Notes under the pieces: generated by a model
Database searches by the model: none
What the model was told of the DNA's origin: nothing
The model's input: the letters and a program-made list of their open reading frames with translations, nothing else
Part shown: in pieces, positions 14,255 to 29,496 of the stretch
How the letters are laid out: every line of letters starts with the position of its first letter
Position numbering within the stretch: position 1 is the stretch's first letter
DNA from: Eledone cirrhosa
Lineage: Eukaryota
Reading direction: 5' to 3'
NCBI GenBank assembly: GCA_964016885.1
Contig: OZ024766.1
Location: forward strand, 17,236,001-17,300,000
DNA: 64,000 nucleotides
Program-made: the position numbers and the translations under genes

Positions 14255-15520
14255 ACACTTTACATCATAATTTTATGTAAGAAACTTTGTTATGCTATGT
14301 TCCATTAGATATATGGTAAGAACCTTTGTTAAGTTATTTTCCATTAGAAATATGGTAATGAAAGGGTTAAAGTGTTTATATTTAGCTGAAGAATATTCCA
14401 TCATCATTTTATGTAAGAACCTTCGTTAAGTTATGTTCCATTAGAAATATGGTAATGAAAGGGTTAAAGTGTTTATATTTATCTAAAAACCTTTCATCAT
14501 AATTTTATGTAAGAACCTTTGTTAAGTTATGTTCCATTAGAAATATGGTAATGAAAGGGTTAAAGTGTTTATATTTAGCTGAAGAATATTCCATCATCAT
14601 ATTATGTAAGAACCTTTGTTAAGTTATGTTCCATTAGAAATATGGTAATGAAAGGGTTAAAGTGTTTATATTTATCTAAAAACCTTTCATCATAATTTTA
14701 TGTAAGAACCTTTGTTAAGTTATGTTCCATTAGAAATATGGTAATGAAAGGGTTAAAGTGTTTATATTTAGCTGAAGAATATTCCATCATCATTTTATGT
14801 AAGAACCTTTGTTAAGTTATGTTCCATTAGAAATATGGTAATGAAAGGGTTAAAGTGTTTATATTTAGCTGAAGAATATTCCATCATCATTTTATGTAAG
14901 AACCTTTGTTAAGTTATGTTCCATTAGAAATATGGTAATGAAAGGGTTAAAGTGTTTATATTTAGCTGAAGAATATTCCATCATCATTTTATGTAAGAAC
15001 CTTTGTTAAGTTATGTTCCATTAGAAATATGGTAATGAAAGGGTTAAAGTGTTTATATTTATCTAAAAACCTTTCATCATAATTTTATGTAAGAACCTTT
15101 GTTAAGTTATGTTCCATTAGAAATATGGTAATGAAAGGGTTAAAGTGTTTATATTTAGCTGAAGAATATTCCATCATCATTTTATGTAAGAACTTTTGTT
15201 AAGTTATGTTCCATTAGAAATATGGTAATGAAAGGGTTAAAGTGTTTATATTTAGCTGAAGAATATTCCATCATCATTTTATGTAAGAACCTTTGTTAAG
15301 TTATGTTCCATTAGAAATATGGTAATGAAAGGGTTAAAGTGTTTATATTTAGCTGAAGAATATTCCATCATCATTTTATGTAAGAACCTTTGTTAAGTTA
15401 TGTTCCATTAGAAATATGGTAATGAAAGGGTTAAAGTGTTTATATTTAGCTGAAGAATATTCCATCATCATTTTATGTAAGGACCTTTGTTAAGTTATGT
15501 TCCATTATGGTAATGAAAGT
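14255..15520. repeat. ~97-bp tandem repeat, ~13 copies (intron 2)
   Basis: TTCCATTAGAAATATGGTAATGAAAGGGTTAAAG recurs with period 96-97; two unit variants. Confidence 0.92.
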
Positions 15521-15537
15521 ATTGAGATTTAGCTTAC

Positions 15538-15615
15538 CTGGGAAATGAACACCTTCTACCAGGTATGCACCGAGGACGTCTCTTGAAACAAGGATAGGTA
15601 CAGATTTTTCTTGTT
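15538..15615 (-). CDS. Exon 2: Cys/Arg-rich EMI-like domain, first part
   Basis: ctag| acceptor and |gtaag donor, 78 nt, phase 2-2. Reads (I)TRKICTYPCFKRRPRCIPGRRCSFP(R), in frame with exon 1. Confidence 0.8.
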
Positions 15616-15734
15616 CTAGTTTTAGGAATAAGAAGAATTACATATAAAAGAAATTGGAGTCCAACTCCTCCTTTTCCTCAAAGTCTTTAAAGTAACGTTA
15701 CTTGATAGAGTGTGTAGCTCGGAGATCAGAGAGA

Positions 15735-16972
15735 CACTCCAGGTAGAGCTGCTACTTCTCTGAATTGAGAGATCACAGCTCTGATATTAAGGACATGTGG
15801 TTAGAATGTCTCAGGAAAGAATCACTGGAGAGTCACTCCAGGTAGAGCTGCTACTTCTCTGAATTGAGAGATCACAGCTCTGATACTATGGACATGTGGT
15901 TAGAATGTCTCAGGAAAGAATCACTGGAGAGTCACTCCAGGTAGAGCTGCTACTTCTCTGAATTGAGAGATCACAGCTCTGATACTATGGACATGTGGTT
16001 AGAATGTCTCAGGAAAGAATCACTGGAGAGTCACTCCAGGTAGAGCTGCTACTTCTCTGAATTGAGAACCACAGCTCTGATACTATGGACATGTGGTTAG
16101 AATGTCTCAGGAAAGAATCACTGGAGAGTCACTCCAGGTAGAGCTGCTACTTCTCTGAATTGAGAGACCACAGCTCTGATACTATGGACATGTGGTTAGA
16201 ATGTCTCAGGAAAGAATCACTGGAGAGTCACTCCAGGTAGAGCTGCTACTTCTCTGAATTGAGAGATCACAGCTCTGATACTATGGACATGTGGTTAGAA
16301 TGTCTCAGGAAAGAATCACTGGAGAGTCACTCCAGGTAGAGCTGCTACTTCTCTGAATTGAGAGATCACAGCTCTGATACTATGGACATGTGGTTAGAAT
16401 GTCTCAGGAAAGAATCTCTGGAGAGTCACTCCAGGTAGAGCTGCTACTTCTCTGAATTGAGATATCACAGCTCTGATACTATGGACATGTGGTTAGAATG
16501 TCTCAGGAAAGAATCACTGGAGAGTCACTCCAGGTAGAGCTGCTACTTCTCTGAATTGAGATATCACAGCTCTGATACTATGGACATGTGGTTAAAATGT
16601 CTCAGGAAATAATCACTGGAGAGTCACTCCAGGTAGAGCTGCTACTTCTCTGAATTGAGAGATCACAGCTCTGATACTATGGACATGTGGTTAGAATGTC
16701 TCAGGTAAGAATCACTGGAGAGTCACTCCAGGTAGAGCTGCTACTTCTCTGAATTGAGAGATCACAGCTCTGATACTATGGACATGTGGTTAGAATGTCT
16801 CAGGTAAGAATCACTGGAGAGTCACTCCAGGTAGAGCTGCTACTTCTCTGAATTGAGAGATCACAGCTCTGATACTATGGACATGTGGTTAGAATGTCTC
16901 AGGAAAGAATCACTGGAGAGTCACTCCAGGTAGAGCTGTTACTTCGCTGAATTGAGAGATCACAGCTCTGAT
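15735..16972. repeat. 99-bp tandem repeat, ~12.5 copies (intron 1)
   Basis: CACTCCAGGTAGAGCTGCTAC at 15735, 15834 and onward. Confidence 0.93.
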
Positions 16973-16992
16973 GTGTCTGTGTGTGTATATAC

Positions 16993-17371
16993 ATCATCAT
17001 CAACGTTTTACGTCCGTTCTTCCACGCTAGCATGGCTTAGACGGGTTGTCCTGTTGTGGGCAGTGTCCGGTCGGCTGACCATGCCTAGCTCATACGGTAA
17101 CTGATTCTGGCTTGATTTCTACAGCTGGATGCCCTTCCTAACACCAACCTCATTTACACTGAGTGCTGGGTGCTTTTTTTATATATATAAAACACCCAGC
17201 CCACACTGTAAAGTGGATGTGTAAGCGCCACGGAAAAAAAGCACCCAGCACTCACTGTAAATGAGGTTGGTGTTAGGAAGGGCATCCAGCTGCAGAAATC
17301 AAGCAAGAATCAGTTCCCGTCCCACCCTTGCAAGCAGGGACAAGCGGACGTGAAATGATGATGATGATGAT
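16993..17371. mobile_element. Two RTE/SINE 3'-tail fragments back to back, tails pointing outward
   Basis: 16993-17180 on minus with (CAT)n and 17190-17371 on plus with (GAT)n; both contain GTTGGTGTTAGGAAGGGCATCCAGCTG. Confidence 0.8.
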
Positions 17372-22159
<4,788 letters not shown>

Positions 22160-22160
<1 letters not shown>

Positions 22161-24139
22161 AAGAACAAAAGATGGTTAAAAGAGTTCCATGTATTTCATT
22201 ATGCGCATTTCAAAAACAAACATCATCATGCAATAATATTTGTGTTTTCATCAGATAAAACTGGAAGACATGATATGAAGGTTAAAAAACACTTGTGGAT
22301 AGTGCAGTTTTAAATCAACATATGAGAAGTAGTTTTAGATTGATGTGTGATATTGGGAAAAATATTTTATTTTGAGTGGGGGGGGAAAGAGGAGGAGATG
22401 AGAGTCAAAAGTGGAGAGGTAGGAGTATAATGAGGAAGGATGAGATAGGAGGAGAGATGGGTGATAGAGAGAGAGAGATAGCTTTTATAACTGAGAAAGA
22501 TATATTGTTTTACATAGAGAGGTTGAAAACCGTTGGAAGATAATAGATAAATTAAAAGAATTTGAAAATTAACGAAGAGAAAAATAATGTAAAGTTAAGG
22601 TTTGTATATTGAGGGGTTTAATAATATGTGTGATGAAAAGAAAATGTTAATATGTATTAAGAATAATATTTAAGGGTTTAATAATATGTGCAATGGAAAG
22701 AAAATGTTGATATGTACTATTAAAAAGAACAACAGGTAATTTAAGTAAGGATATATTGTGAGATAAGCATGAATGAGTTAGATGAAAGGGAGAAAAAAAA
22801 TAATGAATTGAGGATGAATAATCTAACGTCAAAAAAAATGTTTGTTTACGAAGGATTTTTGCAAGGTGATATAGAGTAAGAATGTATTGTATTATGTAAT
22901 AATTGATTCTATGTTAGGCAACAGTGAGAAAAGGTACAGATTAGGGGTTAGACATTAAAAGAAAAAGAGAAGAAAGGGAAGTGATAAATAGGAGCGATAT
23001 AGAATGAGTAACAAGTATTATAGAATGGATAATAACCTTTGAAATAAGGTAGAAAGATGGGTATATTTTTAAAGAAGTGTATATATATATATATGTGCCT
23101 TTGAGAAAAAGATTCTAAATTGATAAAGAATATTAGCTGTATACTTTGTGGAAATGTTTTGTGGAATTTATGCAAGCAGATAGAAAACAAGTCAGTGCGT
23201 CTATTTATTATAGAATCTAAATTAGATATAATGGTAAATTTTTCATTTAGACAGAGATTGCAAATTTTGGATAGAGAACTGTTCAAGTATAAAGACGCAG
23301 AAGAAACCTTCTTCCAAAAGATGCTATATTTAATATTTTTGTCTTTCAAGGACCATATGAGTTCTGAGAGAGCCGTGTTGGTTCTTTTAAGTTTGTATTT
23401 AAAAGACGAATGATGGTTATAAAGACGAGCTTTAAAAGAGGTGGAAGTGGAGCCAAAATAGGTGAAGGAATTAGTGTCAGTTATAACTTTACATTCGTAA
23501 ATTAAGTTTTTATCAAGACAATGGTTGTTGAGAGGACATTTATTTTTAACAGGGCAATTTCAATTGCGATTAGAGAGATTATTAACGAGTGACCTAGTGT
23601 TATCTATAGAAGGAATTGGATTGGAGAAGTTATTTGCGATAGGAATAATAGTTTCTTGATTTAGAATGGGATTAAGAACATTTAGCGAAGTTGTGTTTGA
23701 CGTTGTATTTGGGTTTGCAGAAATTAGCCTAGGGTTTACAATGACGTCGGGAGTACTATTACTGTTATTATGATATTCAGTGTTGGAAGGAAGAGATTTA
23801 GTATTTAGTATTTTATTGTTGTGTTTAGAGATAATGTTGGAAATGTTGGAGGATGTAGAATAGGAAAATTTTATAGTGTGTTTGTTAAATATTTTACTAT
23901 AGATATGTGAGGGAGGGAAGCATTTATTTAAGGCACTAAAGAATAATTTAGGAATATTGTTATTAATAGAGATGGAGAAAGGAGCATTATACCAGATTAT
24001 GTTTTTATATCTAGGTCTTTTATTAAAGTTATTGGAATGATCATGATTAATTATTCTACTGTAAGTTCTTCTAGAATTTGTTTCTTTACTATATTTGATT
24101 TTATCAGGATAGCCGGCTTTAGAAAGCGCGTTATTATAG

Positions 24140-24144
<5 letters not shown>
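22160..24144 (-). mobile_element. 5'-truncated Penelope-like element (thumb/linker + GIY-YIG + 3' region with hammerhead)
   Basis: Single frame 24144-22948: YNNALSKAGY..IIWYNAPFS..CFPPSH..KFSYS..N*NCPVKNKCPLNNHC..LIYECKV..YFGSTSTSFKARLYNH..ICNLCLNEK. Flanked by (AT)n on both sides. Confidence 0.9.
22194..22260 (-). ncRNA. Type I hammerhead ribozyme at the Penelope 3' end
   Basis: TTTTAT-CTGATGA-(long stem II ACAAATATTATT/GATGATGTTTGT)-GAAA-TGCGCA-TA|ATGAAA; palindromic stem III ATGCGCAT. Confidence 0.8.
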
Positions 24145-24203
<59 letters not shown>

Positions 24204-24301
24204 ATAGTAATAATAATAAAATTGAAGACTAAAATCCAAAGAGGGCTCGATAAGCAGCGATTCTTTGCTTAAACTTCTGTTATTTTAATAAATATATATA
24301 T

Positions 24302-24404
<103 letters not shown>

Positions 24405-24405
24405 T

Positions 24406-24439
<34 letters not shown>

Positions 24440-24459
24440 ATATATATATATATTATATA

Positions 24460-24497
<38 letters not shown>

Positions 24498-24551
24498 TAT
24501 ATATTATATATATATATATATATATAATATATATATATATTATATATATAT

Positions 24552-24661
<110 letters not shown>

Positions 24662-24761
24662 TGACGTAAAATAGTCCATGCTTGCTTTTTTCCATCCACT
24701 GAATTATTTTTGTATAAGTTCCCTGTGTCCACGCATCGCCAGGTATCTTAGCTGAGAACAG

Positions 24762-24844
24762 ACTTCCTGATGACGAAACGGCTTCTCCATGCTTTCCATT
24801 TGGAAGCCATGTTTATTCCCTTTCAGAAACTAATTAGTTGGAGT
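24762..24844 (+). ncRNA. Type I hammerhead ribozyme
   Basis: ACTTC-CTGATGA-CGAAA..TTTCA-GAAA-CTAATTAG-TT|GGAGT; palindromic stem III ACTAATTAGT, stem I ACTTC/GGAGT. Confidence 0.7.
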
Positions 24845-25010
24845 GAAATTTTAGTAAGTAAGTTAATTTTTATAATTTTCTTATTTTACGTCATTCATAT
24901 AATTGTTCTGCATCGCCTTGCATTGAACCACAAAGTTACTAAGAAAAAAACCTATATATTTGCTAGCATAGGTATACATCTGTATATATATGTTGGTAGA
25001 TATACTAATT

Positions 25011-25071
<61 letters not shown>

Positions 25072-25083
25072 TTAAAATAACAG

Positions 25084-25144
25084 ATTAAAGTTTAAGCAAA
25101 GAATCGCTGCTTTCACCCTTAACGGGATCTTCTGAAACTCCAAT
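25084..25144 (-). ncRNA. Degenerate type I hammerhead (core CAGAAGA)
   Basis: ATTGGAGTTT-CAGAAGA-TCCC GTTAA GGGT-GAAA-GCAG..TTGC-TT|AAACTTTAAT. All three stems are present but the core has U4>A. A degraded inverted relative lies at 24203-24289. Confidence 0.6.
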
Positions 25145-25183
25145 TTATTATTATTACTATATATATATATATATATATATGAA

Positions 25184-25216
<33 letters not shown>

Positions 25217-25236
25217 ATATATAGTAACGAGTAGGA

Positions 25237-25330
25237 CCCCGACGGCTGAGCTCAAGCCGTTTCGACGGCTAATTCTGGACTAAATGAACATTTTTATCCT
25301 GGTATATGAATAGCCGAGCTTCTCAGGGGG
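25237..25330 (-). ncRNA. Degenerate type I hammerhead (core CTGAGAA)
   Basis: CCCC-CTGAGAA-..CGGCTA..TAGCCGTC-GAAA-CGGC..GCCG-TC|GGGG; C3/A8 mismatch. Confidence 0.55.
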
Positions 25331-25983
25331 TAATTCCATATATTGTAAAAGTGATTGTCACAAGGATTGGTCAAAAGTTTGTTGTTGAGACACATAATTC
25401 TATCAAGGCCATTTGTGGAAGGAAGGGGGTAGCTGAACCTGCCAGTAGAAGAAAGAGGCAGAGGGGGTGGAGGAAACCCAGTCGTGCGTTGATAGTGCCA
25501 ACTACAGCAGGGCAGGAGGTCAAGCAAGTATACTATGAAGGGGGAGGGGGAGGAAGTCGAAACAATAAGTAAAACAATATGGGGTAAATATATAGAAGAA
25601 TACCGAGAATGTTAAAGGTATAAAAAAACAATTTCTGGTTACTATTCCCTAACAGTCATCAAGTCTCTCACTGGTACTGCTAAACTATAGAAAAGTTTAC
25701 TAGGTGGGACGGCATTATAATGACTTAGTTGACGGGTCAACAAGTGGGGGGCCAAAATACTAAAGGAAGTACCACAAAATAATAATTCAGAGTCCCGAGA
25801 CTAATACAAAATAATTGTTTCTACCCTAGGCACAAGGCCAGCAACCACCCAGTGCAAAAAATAAACTAATACAAAATAATAATTCAGAATCCCGAAAATG
25901 AATACTAATACTATCTCTAAGGGTGCCGCTACGATACAAAAATTCTAGTGCAAACTACATAAATGCTCGTACGAAGTATATTA

Positions 25984-26205
25984 CATTTATTGGTAGGTGA
26001 CACGCGTTTCGCCACTGATCAGCTCAAGGTTCGATCTGTATCGATCTTACCCGACTCTGTAATCGGCAGCTCGACGGACCCTTTAAAATGGTATAAGAAA
26101 ATGTAAAGTGTTCGTCGAGCTGCCGATTATTGAGTTGGGTAAGATCGATACAGATCAAACCTTGAGCTGATCAGTGGCGAAACACGTGTCACCTACCAAT
26201 AAATG
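25984..26205. repeat. ~95-bp-arm palindrome ending in hammerhead 3' half + AATAAA
   Basis: The right arm ends GGC-GAAA-CACGTG-TC|ACCTACC-AATAAA; the left arm is its slightly diverged reverse complement. Confidence 0.75.
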
Positions 26206-26349
26206 GAATGAAGGAGTAACCAATCGTCCTTGCTATCCTTTCAATATATTACACTCTGTATAGCTCTACACCTCATCACAGAAGTGAACCTAAACATCGA
26301 GTGCTCTCCCGGGTGAACCTGCAGTATCTCCAAGTTACACTCCCTGGAT

Positions 26350-26559
26350 ATGTAGGCAACACGGTAAAAACCTCCCAGCCCCACACTGTAAATGTGGTTG
26401 GTGTTAGGAAGGGCATCCAGCTGTAGAAAACCCGCCAGATAGTCCTATGCGAGCAAGATAACCACTCTTTCCTCAAGTGGGAAAACCCTCCGTCCAAACC
26501 CATGCAAGCATGGAACACGGACGTTAAACAACGATGATGATGATGATGATGATGATGAT
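26350..26559 (+). mobile_element. RTE/SINE 3'-tail fragment with (GAT)n
   Basis: Matches the 3' UTR of the triplicated RTE (52250-52455). Confidence 0.8.
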
Positions 26560-26567
26560 ATATATAT

Positions 26568-27064
26568 AATGTATAATAAACAATACAATATAATTACCTC
26601 ATTACCAGAGGTTTCTCGAATAAGACGAATACAAGAAACGTCCTCATTCGTCCGTCAGACAAGGCAATTTAAAACATAGTGAAATATTTGAAAAATCTCC
26701 TCAAGAAAGGCAAAAGTTTAACGGGCAAAAAAATATATAAATAAAAGTAATGCAAGAGATATATAAAAAATAAAATAAGGAAATATAGTAAGGGTATGTG
26801 TATAAATGTGTGTATATACACCTACAAATGTACATATGTGTGTATGTACAAATGCATGTGTATAGGGAAAAAATGTGTGCGTAAGTACATATATGAGGGC
26901 AAGTATATCAGTGTATGGGTGACCACAAATACGTATATAATATATTTTTTGCCCGTTAAACTTTTGCCTTTCTTGAGGAGATTTTTCAAATATTTCACTA
27001 TGTTTTAAATTGCCTTGTTTGACAAACGAATGAGGTAATTATATTGTATTGTTTATTATACATT
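26568..27064. repeat. Inverted-repeat element with a hammerhead-like motif in the left arm (26597-26664, minus)
   Basis: CCTTGT-CTGACGG-ACGAATGAG..CTTATTCGA-GAAA-CCTCTGG-TA|ATGAGG. The right arm has TTGACAA and a deletion between two ATGAGG motifs. Confidence 0.7.
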
Positions 27065-27173
27065 AAATTTAGCTCTGTAACTTACATAGAGCACTCTTCA
27101 CTCCTATGACTTTTGCAATTTTCAACGGAAACTTCCCTACTTGTATATATATATATATATAGTTTTAATATAG

Positions 27174-27230
27174 ATGAGATTCTACAGGACTTGAACTGTT
27201 TCATTCTTTAGAAATCATCAGGCATCTAAT
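27174..27230 (-). ncRNA. Type I hammerhead ribozyme in an AT-microsatellite island
   Basis: ATTAGATGC-CTGATGA-TTTC TAAA GAAT-GAAA-CAG TTCAAGTC CTG-TA|GAATCTCAT; stem I is imperfect. Confidence 0.7.
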
Positions 27231-27260
27231 ATATATACATACATATATATATATATATAT

Positions 27261-27309
<49 letters not shown>

Positions 27310-27879
27310 TAAAGTTAGTCCTTCATCAGTGATCTTCCAGCCTTCATTGGTATTTCATCGCTTTAAAGACCATATACCTCCGGTTAGTGCGAGCAATGGC
27401 TAAAGAAAGTCATTGGGACACGTAAATAAGGGGAATGAGCGAGAGTGTAAACAAACAAAGATGTTGAAGCAACGAAAAGTGAGGAAGAAAGAGTCAAATC
27501 CCAGATTTCTATGAATATAAGTTCAGTGAAATCGTGAACGAGAGAGAATAAAGACCATCAAACCTAGTCGAAATGTGAGCAAGGAAGGAATTCCGCACAG
27601 GTCAAACGGGGGGAAGAAGGAGTCTAGTCCCTGAATTCGGTGAACATAAGTTCTGTGAAATCGTAGACAAGAGAGAAAAAAGGAACAACCAGCCTGGTCA
27701 AGCGTGCACGAAAAAAGAATTCCGCACAGGTCAAACGGGAGGAAGAAGGAGAGGTAGTAGCAGAGAGCGAGTGAGTGAAGGGTGAGGAAGAGGCTAACAG
27801 AGAGAGTGACTATTAGAGAGGGTAAGGGGAGGTGAAAGATACATGTGTGTATATATATATATGTCTATACATACATAAC

Positions 27880-27920
<41 letters not shown>

Positions 27921-27995
27921 AACATTGATGATGATGACAATGACACTATGTCTATGATGATGATGATAATAAGTTTAACAATGGTGTCTTCTTAC

Positions 27996-28117
27996 ATAAA
28001 TTTCCGGTCTACGGGATTGGCTGGTGAGAAGGATGGGATCGTCTCCGAGACATTCTGGGATTTGCACTCCCAAAGATATGTTACAAACACCAAAACGAAA
28101 ATCGCGAACACCTTCAT
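27996..28117 (-). CDS. Exon 1 (coding part) of a secreted EMI-like/cbEGF-repeat protein gene: signal peptide
   Basis: ATG at 28117 gives MKVFAIFVLVFVTYLWECKSQNVSETIPSFSPANPVDRKF (hydrophobic signal peptide) and ends AT|gtaag (phase 2 donor). TATA and CCAAT motifs lie upstream. Confidence 0.85.
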
Positions 28118-28381
28118 CTTTTTTCTCTTTTCAAAAACTTCTTGTGTCGTTCTTAAATCTTCTTCTTCTCTTTCTCCTTAAATCTTCTTCTTCTTAAATC
28201 TTCTTCTGCTTAAATCTTCTCTGTCGTCTTCTCTGTCGTATCGTCTCCTCTGTCAGGTTGTCCCCTGTTATCGCCAACTCAGAGAAGCCACACACACACA
28301 ATGTCCAATGTTGCCACGAGGTGACGACTTGCAAAGTGTCACAGTTGTGTCTGGGTCTCGACTTAACGGTGATGGACGGCC

Positions 28382-28436
28382 TTATAAAGGAATGAGAAGC
28401 CTATCCTGCTGAATAAATGTGGTGGAACCTGATTGG
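28382..28436 (-). promoter_or_regulatory. Putative core promoter of the EGF-repeat gene (CCAAT box + TATA box)
   Basis: On the minus strand, CCAATC at ~28431-28436 and TTTATAAGG at ~28380-28388, about 265 bp upstream of the ATG. The region is conserved in the inverted copy at the window end. Confidence 0.55.
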
Positions 28437-28761
28437 ACAAACACAGACAGACGGCAGACAGACGCCGAGACTTTGGATGAAATATGGTAATAGAGGGGGA
28501 GGGGAAAACAAAGGACAGAAGAGAGAGTAGGAGAGAGAGGGGTGGGGGAGAAAGAAAGGAAGAAGAGATAAAAACAAGAACAATGGATGATATAAATACA
28601 CATTTGACAACCAACCCCCCCCCCCCCCCCACACACACACACACACTCTCACCCTCCACACCCCAACCCCTAACATCACCTTCTTTCAGAAACTTGCTTT
28701 TCTTTTGAAAGCGTGAAGCTCTATTGGAGATGAGAAAGTTCTCATACTCTTGTTTGTGTAC

Positions 28762-28820
<59 letters not shown>

Positions 28821-28896
28821 GTATATATATATATATATATATACATCATCATCATCATTTTACATCCGCTTCTCCCTGCTTGCAATATATATATAT

Positions 28897-29226
28897 GGAG
28901 GCACATGGCCTAGTGGTTAGAGCATTGGCCTTGCAATCGAAAGGTTGTGAGTTCAATTCTCAGACCGGGTGATGTGTTGTTTCCTTGAGCAAGACACTTT
29001 ATTTCACATTGCTCCAGTTTACTCAGCTGTAGAAATGAGATGATAGGGACTGGGGTCCATATCATTCCACTGCAAAGTGGTCGTTGAGGTGCCACGGCAA
29101 AAAAGCACCCAGCACTCACTGTAAATGAGGTTGGTGTTAGGAAGGGCATCAAGCCAGAATCAGTTCCCGTCCCACCCTTGCAAGCAGGGAAAAAGCAGAC
29201 GTAAAAAATGAAATGATGATGAAATG
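28897..29226 (+). mobile_element. tRNA-derived SINE with RTE-type tail
   Basis: A-box TGGCCTAGTGG, B-box GAGTTCAATTC, CCTTGAGCAAGACACTT core-like segment, then a tail shared with the RTE 3' UTR. Confidence 0.85.
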
Positions 29227-29321
29227 ATATATATATATATATATAAATATATTATGGAATATATATATATATTATGGAATACTGTTGGCTTTTTGCTACA
29301 ATGTTTTCTATACCTTTCATT

Positions 29322-29371
<50 letters not shown>

Positions 29372-29393
29372 TATATGTATATATATGTATATA

Positions 29394-29426
<33 letters not shown>

Positions 29427-29496
29427 TCATATATGTATATATATATATGTATATATATATATATTCATATATGTATATATATATATGTATATATAT

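Noticed and set aside
14255-15520. CTGAAGA and GAAA in the 97-bp repeat as a possible hammerhead
   Set aside because: Stems I and III could not be formed.
22260-22950. SECIS element for the TGA-containing Penelope ORF
   Set aside because: No AUGA..AA..GA hairpin was recognised by eye; left to a computational search.
28897-28970. tRNA gene
   Set aside because: A and B boxes are present, but the sequence continues into SINE core and LINE tail and recurs at 44075-44146; it is a SINE head.
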